DNA of 64,000 nt, from the NCBI GenBank assembly GCA_040954595.2, contig CM082577.2:7961846-8025845 (forward strand), in the 5' to 3' direction. The stretch is from Balanoglossus misakiensis. Taxonomy: Eukaryota; Animalia; Hemichordata. Of the stretch, positions 16,128 to 35,536 are shown one piece after another (the stretch's first letter is position 1; every line of letters begins with the position of its first letter). The position numbers and the translations under genes were made by a program. The notes below the pieces were generated by a model, which saw only the letters and a program-made list of their open reading frames with translations, did no database searches and had not been told where the DNA came from.

Positions 16128-17208
16128 CTTGTTGGCGATGCCGTCGGCTTCAGCAGCACATCCGAAATAGAAATAGCGCGTTCAGCTGGTATGGTAGCTC
16201 GACATCAGGGGGTGTTACGCATATACTTTCCCGTCGCGATCGATGTGCTCGTCTACGTTGGCCGAGATTGCTGGTGTTTGTGCAAAAGGAAACAGCGTTG
16301 CTGTTTAAGGGAATAGTTATTTTATGGTAACTGCGCTCAATTTTGAGATAAACTTCGTTAAATGTGTTACCCGAAAACAAACTACTGACTCAGCAGTTTT
16401 CTTCAGTAATCAAATCGACTAAATACACAGCCTTGTACAGTGTGTATTTTTTTTACAATGGTTTATTATGCATACAAAGGAGAAACCATCCACAATTAAA
16501 AGAAAGACAATACTTTCAATTACACTGACAGTACATCCTTAATTTATATCTTATACGCAGCCACACTGAGGTGTCGCTATATGATTTTTGATACAGCAAG
16601 CATCTACCAGACATGGTAGACGCAGTGATGACTAATAAAATGCGTTTCGAAACACAAACTCCAAACCATCTAAGTTATGTCAACCAGTTAGTTTTCCCCG
16701 TAAGTAATTCTGGGAATATAACCTTATTCAAACGTTTTCTTTACTCCTCTTCTGCACTCAAAACTTCTCAAAATTAATTCAGTAATTTAACATGGGTAGT
16801 TAGGTAAAATCAGAAAATATAAAATAGGACACTTTTGTAAGTTTGTTCATTTTCAAATTTCCGTGTAACCAACTTGAACTGAATGCGCCAGAAACTTTCT
16901 TCTACCAACAATGGGTTATTCTAGTCAACTAATCATTGCGAATGTATATAGTTGCAATTCAAACAGAGCCATGTAGTGAATAACGGTTCAAATGTAAATA
17001 ACTTCTGTGTAAAATTCGGACATTCTTCGTAGCAAAACTATGATTAGATATCGCACAGAAATATTGAGCTTAACTCTGCTGCGACTCGCTTTCTTAAAAA
17101 ATATGATTATTGATTCACATGTATATGTCTGACCAGATATATTTGTCATCAAAGTCCGATAGACGAAAGAGCGATATGAACAACTTTCTCTGACATGAAC
17201 GCCCACGT

Positions 17209-19137
17209 TCAGGTGCGCGAGTATGTGCCGATCACGTGACTGCACTGCGGGCACCGATGAGTGATTTTCTGGAGCGAATCCATGCACAGCGGGAAGAAAC
17301 AGCAAATCCAGGCTCTGGAAAAAAACAAAAGGGAGGCGGGATTACTCTTAATTTCCTGGGGAGACGAGTACCACAGACATCAGGATAATTACCAATGTCA
17401 CTGTAAAACCATTACGCAAAAGTTGTCTTAGAACAGCAGAGGGCGTTGTATTCAACCTATTTCCCAGTTGGTGACTTAAAGTAGAGCATATCCTACCCCA
17501 AAAATGCAAGAAGCATGCAGTACAGCCAGGCGGCCGCGCTCGGCTCGGACTCGATTTGAGTCACGACTCTCGCGCGACAAGCCGGGCACACTGTGGATAT
17601 CGGATTCCGTCCGATCGTACGGCACAATATGATCGGCCGGGCTACGGCCACAACCACTGTCTGGTTGGTGTGAGTTGGTTGTTGTTGTTGTTGCTGTTGC
17701 ACATACTGGTCGTAGGGCGGTGGTGGCGCTGGATACGGCTGCTGGGTGACCCCAGGATAGGGGTTCGGATATGTAGCCTCTGTTGAGACAATGAAAATAT
17801 GGAAGCAAATCTTTGGATTCAGATACTGATCATTTTTTGGGGAGGAAAGCTACAAATTTGGTTATTTTCTGATCAGTATTTTTGTTGGTTGCAACAACTA
17901 ACATTTCTTATATACTGCCTACGTGTAGTCTTATCCACTCCGTTTGAACATTTGAGATGATTCTGCCGACGCATAGCCATATTTTATTCGTTTGAAGCTT
18001 CAATAAAGCCGGAAATAATATGGCTCTAGGTATTTACACAATAAAGAAACAGTAATAGTCGCGAGCTTCTGTTGTCAAGTGCACATATCCCCAATAAACG
18101 ATGACTTGTTTCAACCACGGTCTCTCCACACATGCACTGTGTGGAGGGACTGTGTTTCAACACATTCCTCTCGCCAGAGCCTGATGGGTTGACCTGCCGA
18201 GCACACGAGAATGTTTGGGGGGGGGGGGGGGGATTACGCCATTCTTCTTCTCGGTTCATAGGGTCACGCTTTATACCCCCGTAAACAACAAAGGCGCGGC
18301 CACTTTATCCTTGCAAGTACATGTACACTAAATGTGTCGACTCAGTAAAATGAACCTTTTTGGCCGAAATCACGCACAACAGATCTTCGCTTCGTTTTCT
18401 GGAGAAGTTACTACAGACGCTGTTTATCACAAATGTTCCTCATGACGGATAAACATGCACGTTTTATGTGTGGCAAAATTGTGCCAATTTTAATCCCACT
18501 GAACTTCCTGGTGGGCATGAAATAGCCGGGTTCGTCAACCTGTGAAGTGCCCTAAAAATATGGGGGAGTTAACTCAAGAACATTGCTTCGGCTCCCCATG
18601 CACATTCACGGTCTCTCCATCGACCGTGACAATAGTGCCGCTCAATAACAACACTTGTTGACGTGATAAGTTTTATTCAAGTTAACAAATGAAAAGTTGT
18701 GTACCATGAACCATGACGACACTCATGTTTCGCAGATGTAAAGGAAATGAAATACGTGTATTTTAATTGCGTCACAACTCTATACACGCACAAACTTCAC
18801 GATCAATACTCTTTCCAAAGAAGTGTTTTGGTAGTAGTGTTACTGAAAAAGCGTTAAAATTCGAACACACACTCACAAACTAAACATTTCATACGATATA
18901 TTCAAATGAAACTTCCCTCTACTTAGGCTCCAGTTCCTGGTTTCTCAGTGACGCCATTTTCGCTTTTTGTTGAGTGCGGACCCATGATACCTGTCAGTCA
19001 GCCCCGAATTGCTATTCTTAGTCCACTTTTCAACAACAAAAGCGTACACGCGGTTGTCAAAACAGTATCGCCCTGTCTGCGACAAAATCATCTCGGTCGA
19101 ACCTACCTGCAGGGTTCTGGAGTGGTTGGTACGCCAT
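17209..19137 (-). CDS. LITAF-domain protein, copy 4 (139 aa; exons 19107-19137, 17497-17779, 17209-17314)
   Basis: MAYQPLQNPA..., PPPPY, poly-Q, CPAC...CCFFPL...HRCPQC...YSRT*. The exon 1 assignment is less certain. Confidence 0.85.
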
Positions 19138-20476
19138 TGTAACTTGTTGACTCAGCCTGCTCCGTGTTCAAGTTTTTTGTGACCGGGCTATTAAAATGTC
19201 TCGCGGTCTCTCGCGTGAAAGTTAGAGAGTTTTCAGTTTTTTCATAGGGTGGGACAGAGGAATTTAGGTGCGTTGCCAATGTGACTCTCAAGGGACCACG
19301 GCAAATTGTAATAGAGATACTCCAGTCAGTGCATGTTACGGAAAATGCACACAAATCTACAAAACTCTCTAAAGGCATTTGACCCCGCACCAAGAATGAG
19401 ACAACAGTCACAGCACACTTCTGTACCTGAACCATGTCATCACATAATTCCTCGCCAAAAATGGCCCCTTATGACCTTTTCGAACTCGTAGCCCGCTCTG
19501 CCGATTCACTTAAAATGATCAAAGATTTAGATTTTTTCCACCCAATTATTATGGGTACCCGGTATAACAAACTTTGTCCATAACAGCAACACCAAAATGT
19601 TAATTCCTACTGTCGTATCTGTTTGTCTGTCTGTCTCTCTGTCTGTTTGTTTGTTTGTCTACATCATTGTTGCCTTGTGTCTGAGGAACTTCACTGTATG
19701 TCTGTTAGTTTATTTTATTTATGTGTCCTCTATGGACTTATTCGAGAAGACACTATGTTACATGGTAAAACGTCAAAAGTGTAAATGACAATAAACGAAA
19801 AGAAGAACTAATTATAAAGCATATTTTCGTCTGCTAATTGCTTTATAAATATATCCTACATGACCAAGTAGAATTAGTTTCTCTGCAGTATATCATATCT
19901 TTGAAGAAGAGGTGCATTACATTGGTTATTTTGTCATAGAAAGATTTGCGTAGGTCATCATATAAAGTACAAGACAATAAAAAGATGATGTTAATCTTCA
20001 ACTCCGGAAGGACAAAAATCACATCAAGCTGTCTTTAACATTAACATTAACATTGTAAAATGCACCAGTTAATATTTTAAAGGGAGTATGCCCAGTGTCG
20101 TTTAGGCCTGCTTTCCATCTGTGATGTAGCAGTTTAAGACGACCACTTAGTGTCCCAAAGTACATATACAATATATGATGTAAATTGGATGACTGAAAAT
20201 TAGTGAGATACGGAATGTGTGTCAATAATGTGATATATTGTTCCTTTATAAGATTATTTACAGTTTATAGTGTTCTTATTGAAATGAGCGAAATCATGAA
20301 GAATTACGGTTTGATTTACAATAGTTCATCATGTCCGTGGGCATAATACCTGAATAATTAAATGGTATTAACCAAACCACAAGACTCAGTCTTACCCGAA
20401 GTTCACCGCATGTAATTAATATGCAGAACAACAAAAATATCAAGAAAATGTCCAAAGACAGCGGCTTTGTCTTTTT

Positions 20477-21856
20477 TTATTTTCTGTATTTCCCAATAAC
20501 ATGTTTGCAGGTCGGACAGCGATGGGTAACATCTTGGCATAATTCCAAACAAAAAGGAATGAAACAACATAACGCACACCTGTAACAGAAAACAAAAAAA
20601 CAAAGATGACATAGAAGAAACAGTGGAGACTGTAGGATTGCACTAGTGCTGATGCGTGAGTTAAAAACTGTAATGTGAATAAAATGTCACGTTATTTTAC
20701 AGGCTATATTTGGTATTTAAAGTTAAGAAAGCCATATTTTGTATTCTACAATGGTAATCAGCCAAAACTTGAAAGGTTAAAGTAGATTCGATATCTTGAG
20801 TATTTAGCCCCTTTTAAGTTAACACTGAAGAATGTAAACAAGCATAATATAATGAGTAAAAGATGTAAACTCGAATTTAGCGGTAGATAAAAGTTTGTAG
20901 GCTACTTAAACCCCTCCCTTATCACTTCTTCAAGCAAACCTTTCTCGCAATGCTTTTTGGACAACGCCAGTGTCACAGCTATAAACATGTATAGTACCAA
21001 GTAACATTATATACCCGAGAAAGAACATTACAACACAGGAAATCCACGCCATTTTATTCGGTTCCCAATTCACCAAGGTGATTATGCTTCTAGTACAGTT
21101 GGGACAAGTAATCGCTGCCGGCGCTGGTCCAAGAGGCCCCACTCGTGCGTCCACTATCACGACTTGATGCGGGCCTGGTTGGTGTGTAAGTGGTTGTGTT
21201 GATGGCTGCATGGGTTGTTTTTGGTCAGCGAAGTCAGCCGTGGGAGGGTAGAGCGCGGGACCATATCCAGCAGGAATCGAGGGCGCATGCGTATGACCAA
21301 CGCGTGATGGGTCTGGCAAGAGATCAAAATGTAATTAAATTTCATTAATAATTTAAACACATTTTCGTAGAAGAACATAAAGCAAATGGCTTTCCCATAA
21401 GACAGTCTCGCGAAGGCCACAGCATAATTGCATGTCTGCTAAGGTAAGCCAAACAGCGTGTACGATTGATAGCATCACACCTTTGTTCATTTTACACCGT
21501 GTCTATGGTTACACTGGGGCTTCTGGCAAACAAAAGTGTTTTGAAATCAACCTCCAGCCCTCCTGAAATACCATGACCAGAATTTGTAGTCGCTAAATAC
21601 ACGGTGTGTGTTAAAAGAGCAAAAAACCTTCTGAAACACTGTCTACTCTGTAGACGAACGTAGAGACCTTGACCCAAATCATGGAGAGTGCGTCGACATA
21701 GACGCCTCTGAATACATAGCAACATACTCACAGTACTATACAGATGTGTCTTTGATTTAGTACACAGACAAAAAGACATTAAGATATAGAAACTGAACGC
21801 AGTCTTTAAAGCGTCGACATTTTGAACTTACCGTCAGGCGAGAGTGATGGCTCCAT
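20477..21856 (-). CDS. LITAF-domain protein, copy 5 (141 aa; exons 21832-21856, 21015-21312, 20477-20579)
   Basis: MEPSLSPDD..., CPNC...CCFIPF...[10 protein letters not shown]...YRK*. Confidence 0.87.
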
Positions 21857-23031
21857 CTTGGTTTGTTGTTGGCTTATTGTCCAATACAATGTAGTACATA
21901 GAGACCGTGAACCGTGACCTTTCTATGACCTTGTTTGCCCGCCCGACGATATTACGCGTGAGAACGCCACTGGTTCGTCGCCTCACATCCCTTTCATTTA
22001 CAACGACAGACACAATGCCGGTTATGGGCTCATGTTAACGGTAAGGGGTTCGGTTAGGGTAGTCTTGTGGTTAGGGTTAGCGTTACTGAATTAATTAAAT
22101 ACAGACGTACGGGGTTAAAGCAAATTGCGATTTGGGGCGCTTTTAATACCTTTTTTAACTCTAGATGTCTGTCTGTCTACATCATTATTGCCATGTGTCT
22201 AAGGAACTTGCGATTCACTGTATGTCTGTTAGTTTTGTTTATTTATGTGTCCTCTATAGACTTATTCGATAAGACACTATGTCACATGGTAAAGCGTCAA
22301 AAGTGTAAATGACAATAAACAAAAATAGGTACTAATTATAAAGCATATTTTCGTCTGCTAATTGCTTCATAAATATATCCTACAATGTACATTAGCGTAA
22401 GTAGAACTCGTTTCTCTGCAGTATTTATATCTTTGAAGAGAGGCATTACATTGGTTATTTTGTCATAGAAAGATTTGCGTAGGTCATCATATAAAGTACA
22501 AGACAATAAAAGATGACATTGATCTTCAACTTCGGAAGGACAAAATTCACATCAAGCTGTCTTTAACATTAACATTGTAAAATGCACCAGTTAATATTTT
22601 AAAGGGAGTGTGCCCAGTGTGAGTTGGGCTATATGATATCGTTTTGGCTGTGATAGGCCACCAAGCAGGTAGTTTTCTTTCCATCTGTCAGTATGAAGTT
22701 GTTTAAGACGATCACTTAGTGTCCCAAAGTACATGTACAATATATGATGTAAATTGGATGACTGAAAATTAGTGAGATACGGAATGTGTGTCAATAATAT
22801 GATATTTTGTTTATTTATAAGATTATGTACAGTGTTCTTATTGAAATGAGCGAAATCATAAACTGTTACAGTTCAATTTACATCCCGTCTCTAGTGTGGG
22901 CATAATACGTATGACAGTTCCATGGTATTAACCGAACCACAAGACTCTCGCCCGAAGTTCACTGCATGTAATTATGCAGACCACAGAAAATATCAAGACA
23001 ATGTCCAAAGACAGCGGCTTTGTCTTTTTTT

Positions 23032-24488
23032 TCATTTTCTGTATATCCCAATAACATGTTTGCAGGTCGGACAGCGATGGGTAACATCTTGGCATAATTC
23101 CAAACAAAAAGGAATGAAACAACATAACGCACACCTGTAACAGAAAACAAAAAACAAAGATGACATAGAAGAAACAATGGAGACTATAGGATTGCATTAG
23201 TGCTGATCCGTGAGTTAATTACGAACTGTATTAAATGTGAATAAAAAATATCACATGTTATTTTACAGGCTACATTGTATATTATTTTGGTATTTAAAGT
23301 TGAGAAAGCCATTTTTGTACATGTATTCTACAATGGTAATCAGCCAAGACTTGAAAGGTTAAATTATGTTTTTTAGAACGCACAAATTAAATACGCCATT
23401 TCAGACATATATGGACGTATGTAAATTGGAGGTGACTGTATGTAGGCCTACTTTATTTTCAAAATATAGGATTGAAAAATGATTGATACTCGAATTTAGC
23501 GTTAGATAAAGGCTTGTAGGCTACTTAAACCCCTCCCTATCACTTTTTCAAGCAAACCTCTACCTCGCAATGCTTTTTGCACAACGCCAGTGTCACAGCT
23601 ATATACACACTGTACATGTATAGTACCAAGTAACATTATATACCCGAGAAAGAACATTACAACACAGGAAATCCACGCCATTTTATTCGGTTCCCAATTC
23701 ACCAAGGTGATGATGCTTCTAGTACAATTGGGACAAGTAATTTGCACCGGCGCTGGTCCAAGAGGCCCCACTCGTGCGTCCACTATCACGACTTGATGTG
23801 GGCCTGGTTGGTGTGTAAGTGGTTGTGTTGATGGCTGCATGGGTTGTTTTTGGTCAGCGAAGTCAGCTGTAGGAGGGTAGAGCGCGGGACCATATCCCGC
23901 AGGAATCGAGGGCGCATGCGTATGACCAACGCGTGATGGGTCTGACAAGAGATCAAAATGTAATTAAATTTCATTAATAATTTAAACACATTTTCGTAGA
24001 AGAACATAAAGCAAATGGCTTTCCCATAAGACAGTCTCGTGAAGGCCAACCCCATAATTGCATGTCTGCTAAGGTAAGCCAAACAGCGTGTACGATTGAT
24101 AGCATCACACCTTTGTTCATTTTACACCGTGTCTATGGTTACACCGGGGCTTCTGGCAAACAAAAGTGTTTTGAAATCAACCTCCAGCCCTCCTGAAATA
24201 CCATGACCAGAATTTGTAGTCGCTAAATACACGGTGTGTGTTAAAAGAGCAAAAAACCTTCTGAAACACTGTCTACTCTGTAGACGAACGTAGAGACCTT
24301 GACCCAAATCATGGAGAGTGCGTCGACATAGACGCCTCTGAATACATAGCAACATACTCACAGTACTATACAGATGTGTCTTTGATTTAGTACACAGACA
24401 CAAACAGACATTAAAATATAGAAATTGAACGCACTCTGTAAAGCGTCGACATTTTGAACTTACCGTTCGGAGAGAGTGATGGCTCCAT
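23032..24488 (-). CDS. LITAF-domain protein, copy 6, recent duplicate of copy 5 (141 aa; exons 24464-24488, 23644-23941, 23032-23134)
   Basis: Near-identical to copy 5 in exons, introns and flanks. Frame intact. Confidence 0.87.
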
Positions 24489-25511
24489 CTTGGTTTGTTG
24501 TGCTTATTGTCCAATACAATGTAGTACAGAGAGACCGTGAACCGTGACCTTTCTATGACCTTGTTTGCCCGCCTGTCGATATACGTGAGGACGCCACTGG
24601 TTCGTCGCCTCACATCCCTTTCGAATTCATTTACAACGACAGACACAATGCCGGTTATGAGCTCATGTTAACGGTTAGGGGTTCGGTTAGGGTAGTCTTA
24701 TGGTTAGGGTTAGCGTTACTGAATTATAGGATATGTGATTTGGGGCGCTTTTACATTTTTAACGGTTATGATGAAGAATAACTCAACAATTTTAATAAAA
24801 AAGGATATCGCCCTGACCTTTTCATGCGAGTACCCAAAACACAGCTGATTAATTTATTTTACGGTCACACTTTCCAAATTTGTGATAATTTATATTTCTA
24901 TTAAATTAAAAAAACACATACCACATTTTCGAGCCTTTACCGTTGACAAGTGAGCTACCAGTTTCGTATATGTCACATTCTGATTGGTCGATTCATATAT
25001 AGTTTGGAGGGGGGTGCGTGACCCACACCGCCTGGGTTTAATTAAAAGGCGACGGTCGTTAAAACGGGCATAATTTTTATTAGAAAACAACAACAATAAA
25101 ATTAACAAGTGACAGAAAGGAAATAAATGACATGTGAATGAGACAAAACTCATACATTCCATGTACAAACAAGTGTCATGGCAATCTGACAAGTACAAGT
25201 GGTTATAGCTCAGTAGAGAATTTATTTCGGACCAAAAGTGGCAAAAATTGTCACCCTGACATCGTTATGGAAATATGTACACTGTCAGTCATGGTAGCGG
25301 CGTCAATGTGCGTACAAGAAATGATTTCTACTGGAAATCACAAGTTCAAAAAGCAGAATGGTTAGATCATTTTAGAAGTTCTGTGGTAGATACCGTGATG
25401 TTGTTTTCAAATATGACACGTCTGTCACTCAAATGATGAATGACAGCATTCCTGGATTTGACTTGCAAGAGTAAATTGGTTATTCAGCCAAATTTCACTC
25501 GAATTGTTCAC

Positions 25512-25550
25512 TAGTCGGAAGAAGCAAAGGCGTCTGGGTAACCGAGACTA
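25512..25550. mobile_element. 39-bp internally deleted TAG...CTA element remnant
   Basis: tagtc...gacta termini flanked by 9-bp direct repeat attgttcac / attgttcat. Confidence 0.55.
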
Positions 25551-26631
25551 ATTGTTCATTAGCTTGGGATCTTGCTATACTATAGCAGGGTTCGCTTACC
25601 CATTCCGGACACCTGGTACCACCGCTTAGCAGTGGTTCAAGACGACCCTGTTGTAATTGTCATTTTTTCTCATTTCTTTCTCGGACCTGGTAATTAGCTT
25701 ACCTTGAATGATATTGATTATTAGACCTGGTTTGATGTCTTATTCTAAGCCCCCATGCAGCTCCTCTCAAGAGGAAAGGGGGGAGGGTTTATATAGCTGT
25801 ACCTGTCTTAGTTTATCAGTGAAAAATCATTTTCAGCAATCATACATCATGCTCTTCTGGAAACAACGGAAAACTTCATTGAATGATATTTGATGGATTT
25901 CACATGTAAATGCTGAATAATGGGAATGAGGCTTCTTGGCCCCGCGTTGTCATGACCACATCTGCCCGACCGATAAATACTGCCAAAAGGAAGGGGGATA
26001 ATTGTGTCTCACACTCCCGTCCGGGATATTTTGTCCCAGACGAGAAATCCCCAACTCGTGTGAGAATAGTACGACGATCCCAGGTCCCTGGGAGGGTGAG
26101 ATTCTATTAGTCTCAATGATTTGCCTCACAAGTGGAGATTTCAACAGAGTTTCGTTGGAGGGCGAAAACGACGCCCCGACGTACTGAGACTGGAGTCCGG
26201 TACGACAAAACAAACTCGTCCGATATTTAACATTTAAAACTGACATGCATCGTGCTATTTCGATAAGTTTGCTTAAAACAACAAAAAGGAAATACGCCAC
26301 ATACGATGTATGGTTGCTGTAACATGTTTCAATAAGTACTAATAATGTATAATATAGTTGTGATATAAAAAAAACCTGCTACCTTTTGCGTCATTTAAAC
26401 CTCTTCCCAGGTTTGTTTCGTGAACAGATATTTAAAACAAATCACTTGAATATTAATGTTTGTTTTATCTCATCTGATTAAAATATTTCAATGTTTATTG
26501 TTTTGTTAACTCCTCTGATTAAAATATTTCATAGTAAATATTGACCAGCCACTGAAGCAAGATAAACATGCACACATGGTGAAGAGGTCAGCTGACGGTC
26601 GTTTGATCATCTGGACTTGGATGTGATCAGG

Positions 26632-29772
<3,141 letters not shown>

Positions 29773-31319
29773 AGTAGCTTACGATCGATCACGGGAAACG
29801 TTGTCAACAGCGGGCGAATCGTCTCTATATGTGAACCCGTGACCCACCAGTTCTTGGGGTGCCGCACCTATATCTCGCGAGAGGACGCAGTGCGGGCACA
29901 CACTTGTGGAATTCTACTGGAACAGCCAGCCGCGTGACTAATCGCAATACATACATGAATATATACATACATTACATAAATACATACCAAACACATCACT
30001 CTTTTTGTGCAGCCAAACGTACGAGTGGGTCAGATTGCACCGACCCAATTCATGAATCCGTGCATCAAAACCACTTTCATTATGTTTACAAAAGGCCCAA
30101 ACAATTTTGACACGCAAACCCCCCGTCCACTGGGTAAAATTCCGTACACGTTTAGCTATTCATTACAGTAACCATCCGGGTGTGGCGATTCACAGCTGTA
30201 CCAGCGTGGCATGTAGAAAATATTTTGCAGGGTATTTTGAGAAGCTTTCGTAATTATGCAAGCGGAAGAGAAGACACGTTTTCTTCCCTGTGTCCCACAT
30301 GTCACCATTGTTTCTCGCTCCTTGTAGATTTTACTTTATGAAACGTTTGATGAATTCAAAGTATAGATGTGGTACTCAAAATATGCCTAGTGTCGACGAG
30401 TACAAATAAAAAAAAGTAAACAAAATTTTCCTCCAAAGTATTTAAGTATGTTGGCATATCGGTCTCGTCAGAAATTTCGTACCCTGGAAATAAAACACAG
30501 AAGAATCAGTAACATTTAAAATGCATCTTTATATTTGGAAAGGTTATGATTATGAAAACGCATCGCATGTTGATTTTTCCCTTTTAATAAAATTCCATTT
30601 TCGAGATAAATGAAATGATTCCGACTCGTGTGAACAAATGTACTCAAACTTAGTTTCTTTATTAGTTGAACCGTCATCTGAGCTCACGTGTTCACATATA
30701 TAACCTCTTATAATGACCAAAACTTATGTGATATATATCTACATAAATATATAAGATTTAACTATTAGCAGTTTGTCTTTTCAGATCACACACGACGCCA
30801 AACGCATCTTATTTTACACTCCCGGGTAGAATATTAATACAATTCGGAAACCTGGTTATCTATAGATCTACACACCTTCAGTTATTCAAAATATTCAAAT
30901 TTTGAAACGCTTTAGCTATGAAAACGCTAGTAGCCTTCACATAATTCTTTACAAACGCCCTGCCATGTATATTGCATGCAGTTAAAAAGAAAGCCCCAAT
31001 ATCTTGCAACCAATTATCCAGTGAATCTTTTAACATTCATCAAGAAGAAAGAACTACCTGAGTTGAAGTGACCTAGGTATATGGACAAATATTACCATCC
31101 CACAAACGTATTTATAGAAGCCCCGTACGACCAAACTTGTAAATGTTTCAGTATAGATGTTGCAATTACACAATCTTATTTTTAAAGATCGGATGAAAAT
31201 TGGTGAGAATTTAGCTCCGCAATGGTATTGTTAATTATAAGGCACTGGAAATCCGATCCTCATTTTGAGTAGAGACCCTTTGACTTGGCCTTCCAGGCTT
31301 GTTGCCTATGGGAGTATGG

Positions 31320-33665
<2,346 letters not shown>

Positions 33666-34597
33666 TTCGATTTATCAGTACTATCATGTATTGCGTGTCC
33701 GCTCTCACGCGTAACACGTAAAGTGCAGCCCATATATGACTGAATGTACCCCCTAACGCGGTGGTAAATTTCGTCGACAATTGTGTTAGTAGGACAACAC
33801 TTGCGAATTCCTTCCACAAACTGGTTTTGTATAGAAAACACACTAAGATAAACAGCGCGCCACTTGTGCGCGGGAATTTGCCTTTCAGCTTCTGCAGACA
33901 CTCGTGTCAAGTGAGAATGCTCTACACGAATTATCTAACCTTTTGTGTAAGTCCCACGAGGTTCAGAGATCAACAAGAACAAGACCGACTAAAAGGAAAC
34001 TTAATTTTTCGTGAAGTTCACTGAGAAAGTCGCATTTGTGGATTCACCTAATATTGAAACTGCCTTGAAATATAAAAAATAACTCGTGTCCATGCTTCAA
34101 TTTTCATACCACTGACAAAGAAACTAACCGCAAACTATAATTGGATAATTGGGGGGGGGGGGATTTCCAAGTAGCCAACAATAGTGCCAATTGTGTTAAA
34201 CTCAATTTTTATTTTCTATCAGAAAAAAACAAGCAAACAAATCCCTCTATGAAAACAGAAATGAAAAATATGGTTCTTTAGAAGTATAAATAACATGTTG
34301 TCATTGAATACCGTCAAGTATGAAGCAATCGGTGTGTCTCTACAGAAAGTAAAAAGGAAATCTCACTTTTACGAAAAAATATCACTAAATATAATGTTTG
34401 TAAATAAGTGAAAGCCAAAGTTAATAAAAGCGCACGACATAATAAATAGTCGATAGACTTCCTAGTGCCAATGAGCTTTCAACAATGCACTTTCCTCGGT
34501 ATTACACGAATCGACTTGTCGAGACTATGACAACGGCTTGAAAATTTGCGTCAAATCAGTTTGACTCTGTCCCCTTTCGCTGGTTTCATTACCATGG

Positions 34598-35349
34598 TTA
34601 CAGCCTCGAATATGACCCAATGACGTGGCTGCAGTGTGGGCAGGTGTGGACAACTTCCTTGCAGGCGTCAATGCAGAATGGAATCAGACAGCAACCCAGC
34701 CATAACCTGAAGCGAAATAAAAAAAAATCATAAAAGACGATGGCAGGTGGGCTAGGATTGGTTAACATGCATATTTGTCTTTGCCCGAAAGAAGATATCG
34801 AAGCTAAACAGCTGAAAGTATCTTTTGCTATCAACTTAAAACATTTATTGTTTCGTCTTTATAACTTTCAATCTCAGCTTGCACTGAGCCCCTTGAATCT
34901 TTTAATTCCCGATTCCCAAAAGATCAAAGTATCCTTGTTTGGATTATTTAGCTTTACTGGACTCCTTTTGGATCTGATCGTTAAAAGAACTTGGAGGCTT
35001 ACCCGACCAAACCCAATACCGCACAGCTGAGCCAAGTCACAGCTCCAACTTTATGGTCGATGTTTGTCACAATATCCTGATTGCAATGCGGGCATTTACA
35101 ATGGTGGGGAGTATCTCTTAACATGCCAGCACCCACAAATACAGTAGAGGGCGGACCGACCACGACTGTGGCGCTAACAGAACTCGTGCCCGGAGGTGGA
35201 GGTGGAGGTGGATAGGTTGGTTGACCCGGTATATAGGCAGGTGGTGGCGGTGCCTGTCCCTGTGCAGGATATGGCGGTGGTGGCCCCTGTGGCGCTGGTT
35301 GACCGGCCGATCCCGAATATTGCGTATCGTAGTCTGTGTGATATTCCAT
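34598..35349 (-). CDS. LITAF-domain protein, copy 9 (151 aa; exons 35003-35349, 34598-34706)
   Basis: MEYHTDYDTQY...PPPPY...CKCPHC...GCCLIPF...HTCPHC...YSRL*. An acceptor lies 5 nt upstream of the ATG; no coding exon 1 was found. Confidence 0.87.
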
Positions 35350-35422
35350 GGCGTCTAGATATTAGAAACATAAATTTTGACAAGATTAACGTTAGCACAG
35401 GCTGTGGTTATGATGGTGGTGG

Positions 35423-35505
<83 letters not shown>

Positions 35506-35536
35506 CTGACTGACTGAATGACTGATTGATTGATTG
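35423..35536. repeat. (TGAT)n/(TGAC)n microsatellite upstream of LITAF copy 9 coding exon
   Basis: Direct inspection. Confidence 0.95.

Larger units (their letters stand above)
19655..24752. repeat. Tandem segmental duplication, 2 units (~19655-22145 and ~22170-24752), each carrying one LITAF gene
   Basis: Long near-identical blocks, e.g. gtctacatcatt...ggaact at ~19657 and ~22174, and gatttggggcgcttt at ~22129 and ~24737. Boundaries are approximate. Confidence 0.9.

Noticed and set aside
22040-22082. TTAGGG-containing stretch (also ~24670-24712) as interstitial telomere
   Set aside because: Only 2-3 dispersed units, duplicated along with the segmental repeat. Too short to call.
24122-24646. 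174-aa ORF (and its twin at 21492-21779)
   Set aside because: It spans the promoter, exon 1 and intron 1 of LITAF copy 6 with no recognisable domain. Its recurrence is explained by the duplication, and the longer frame is broken in the twin.
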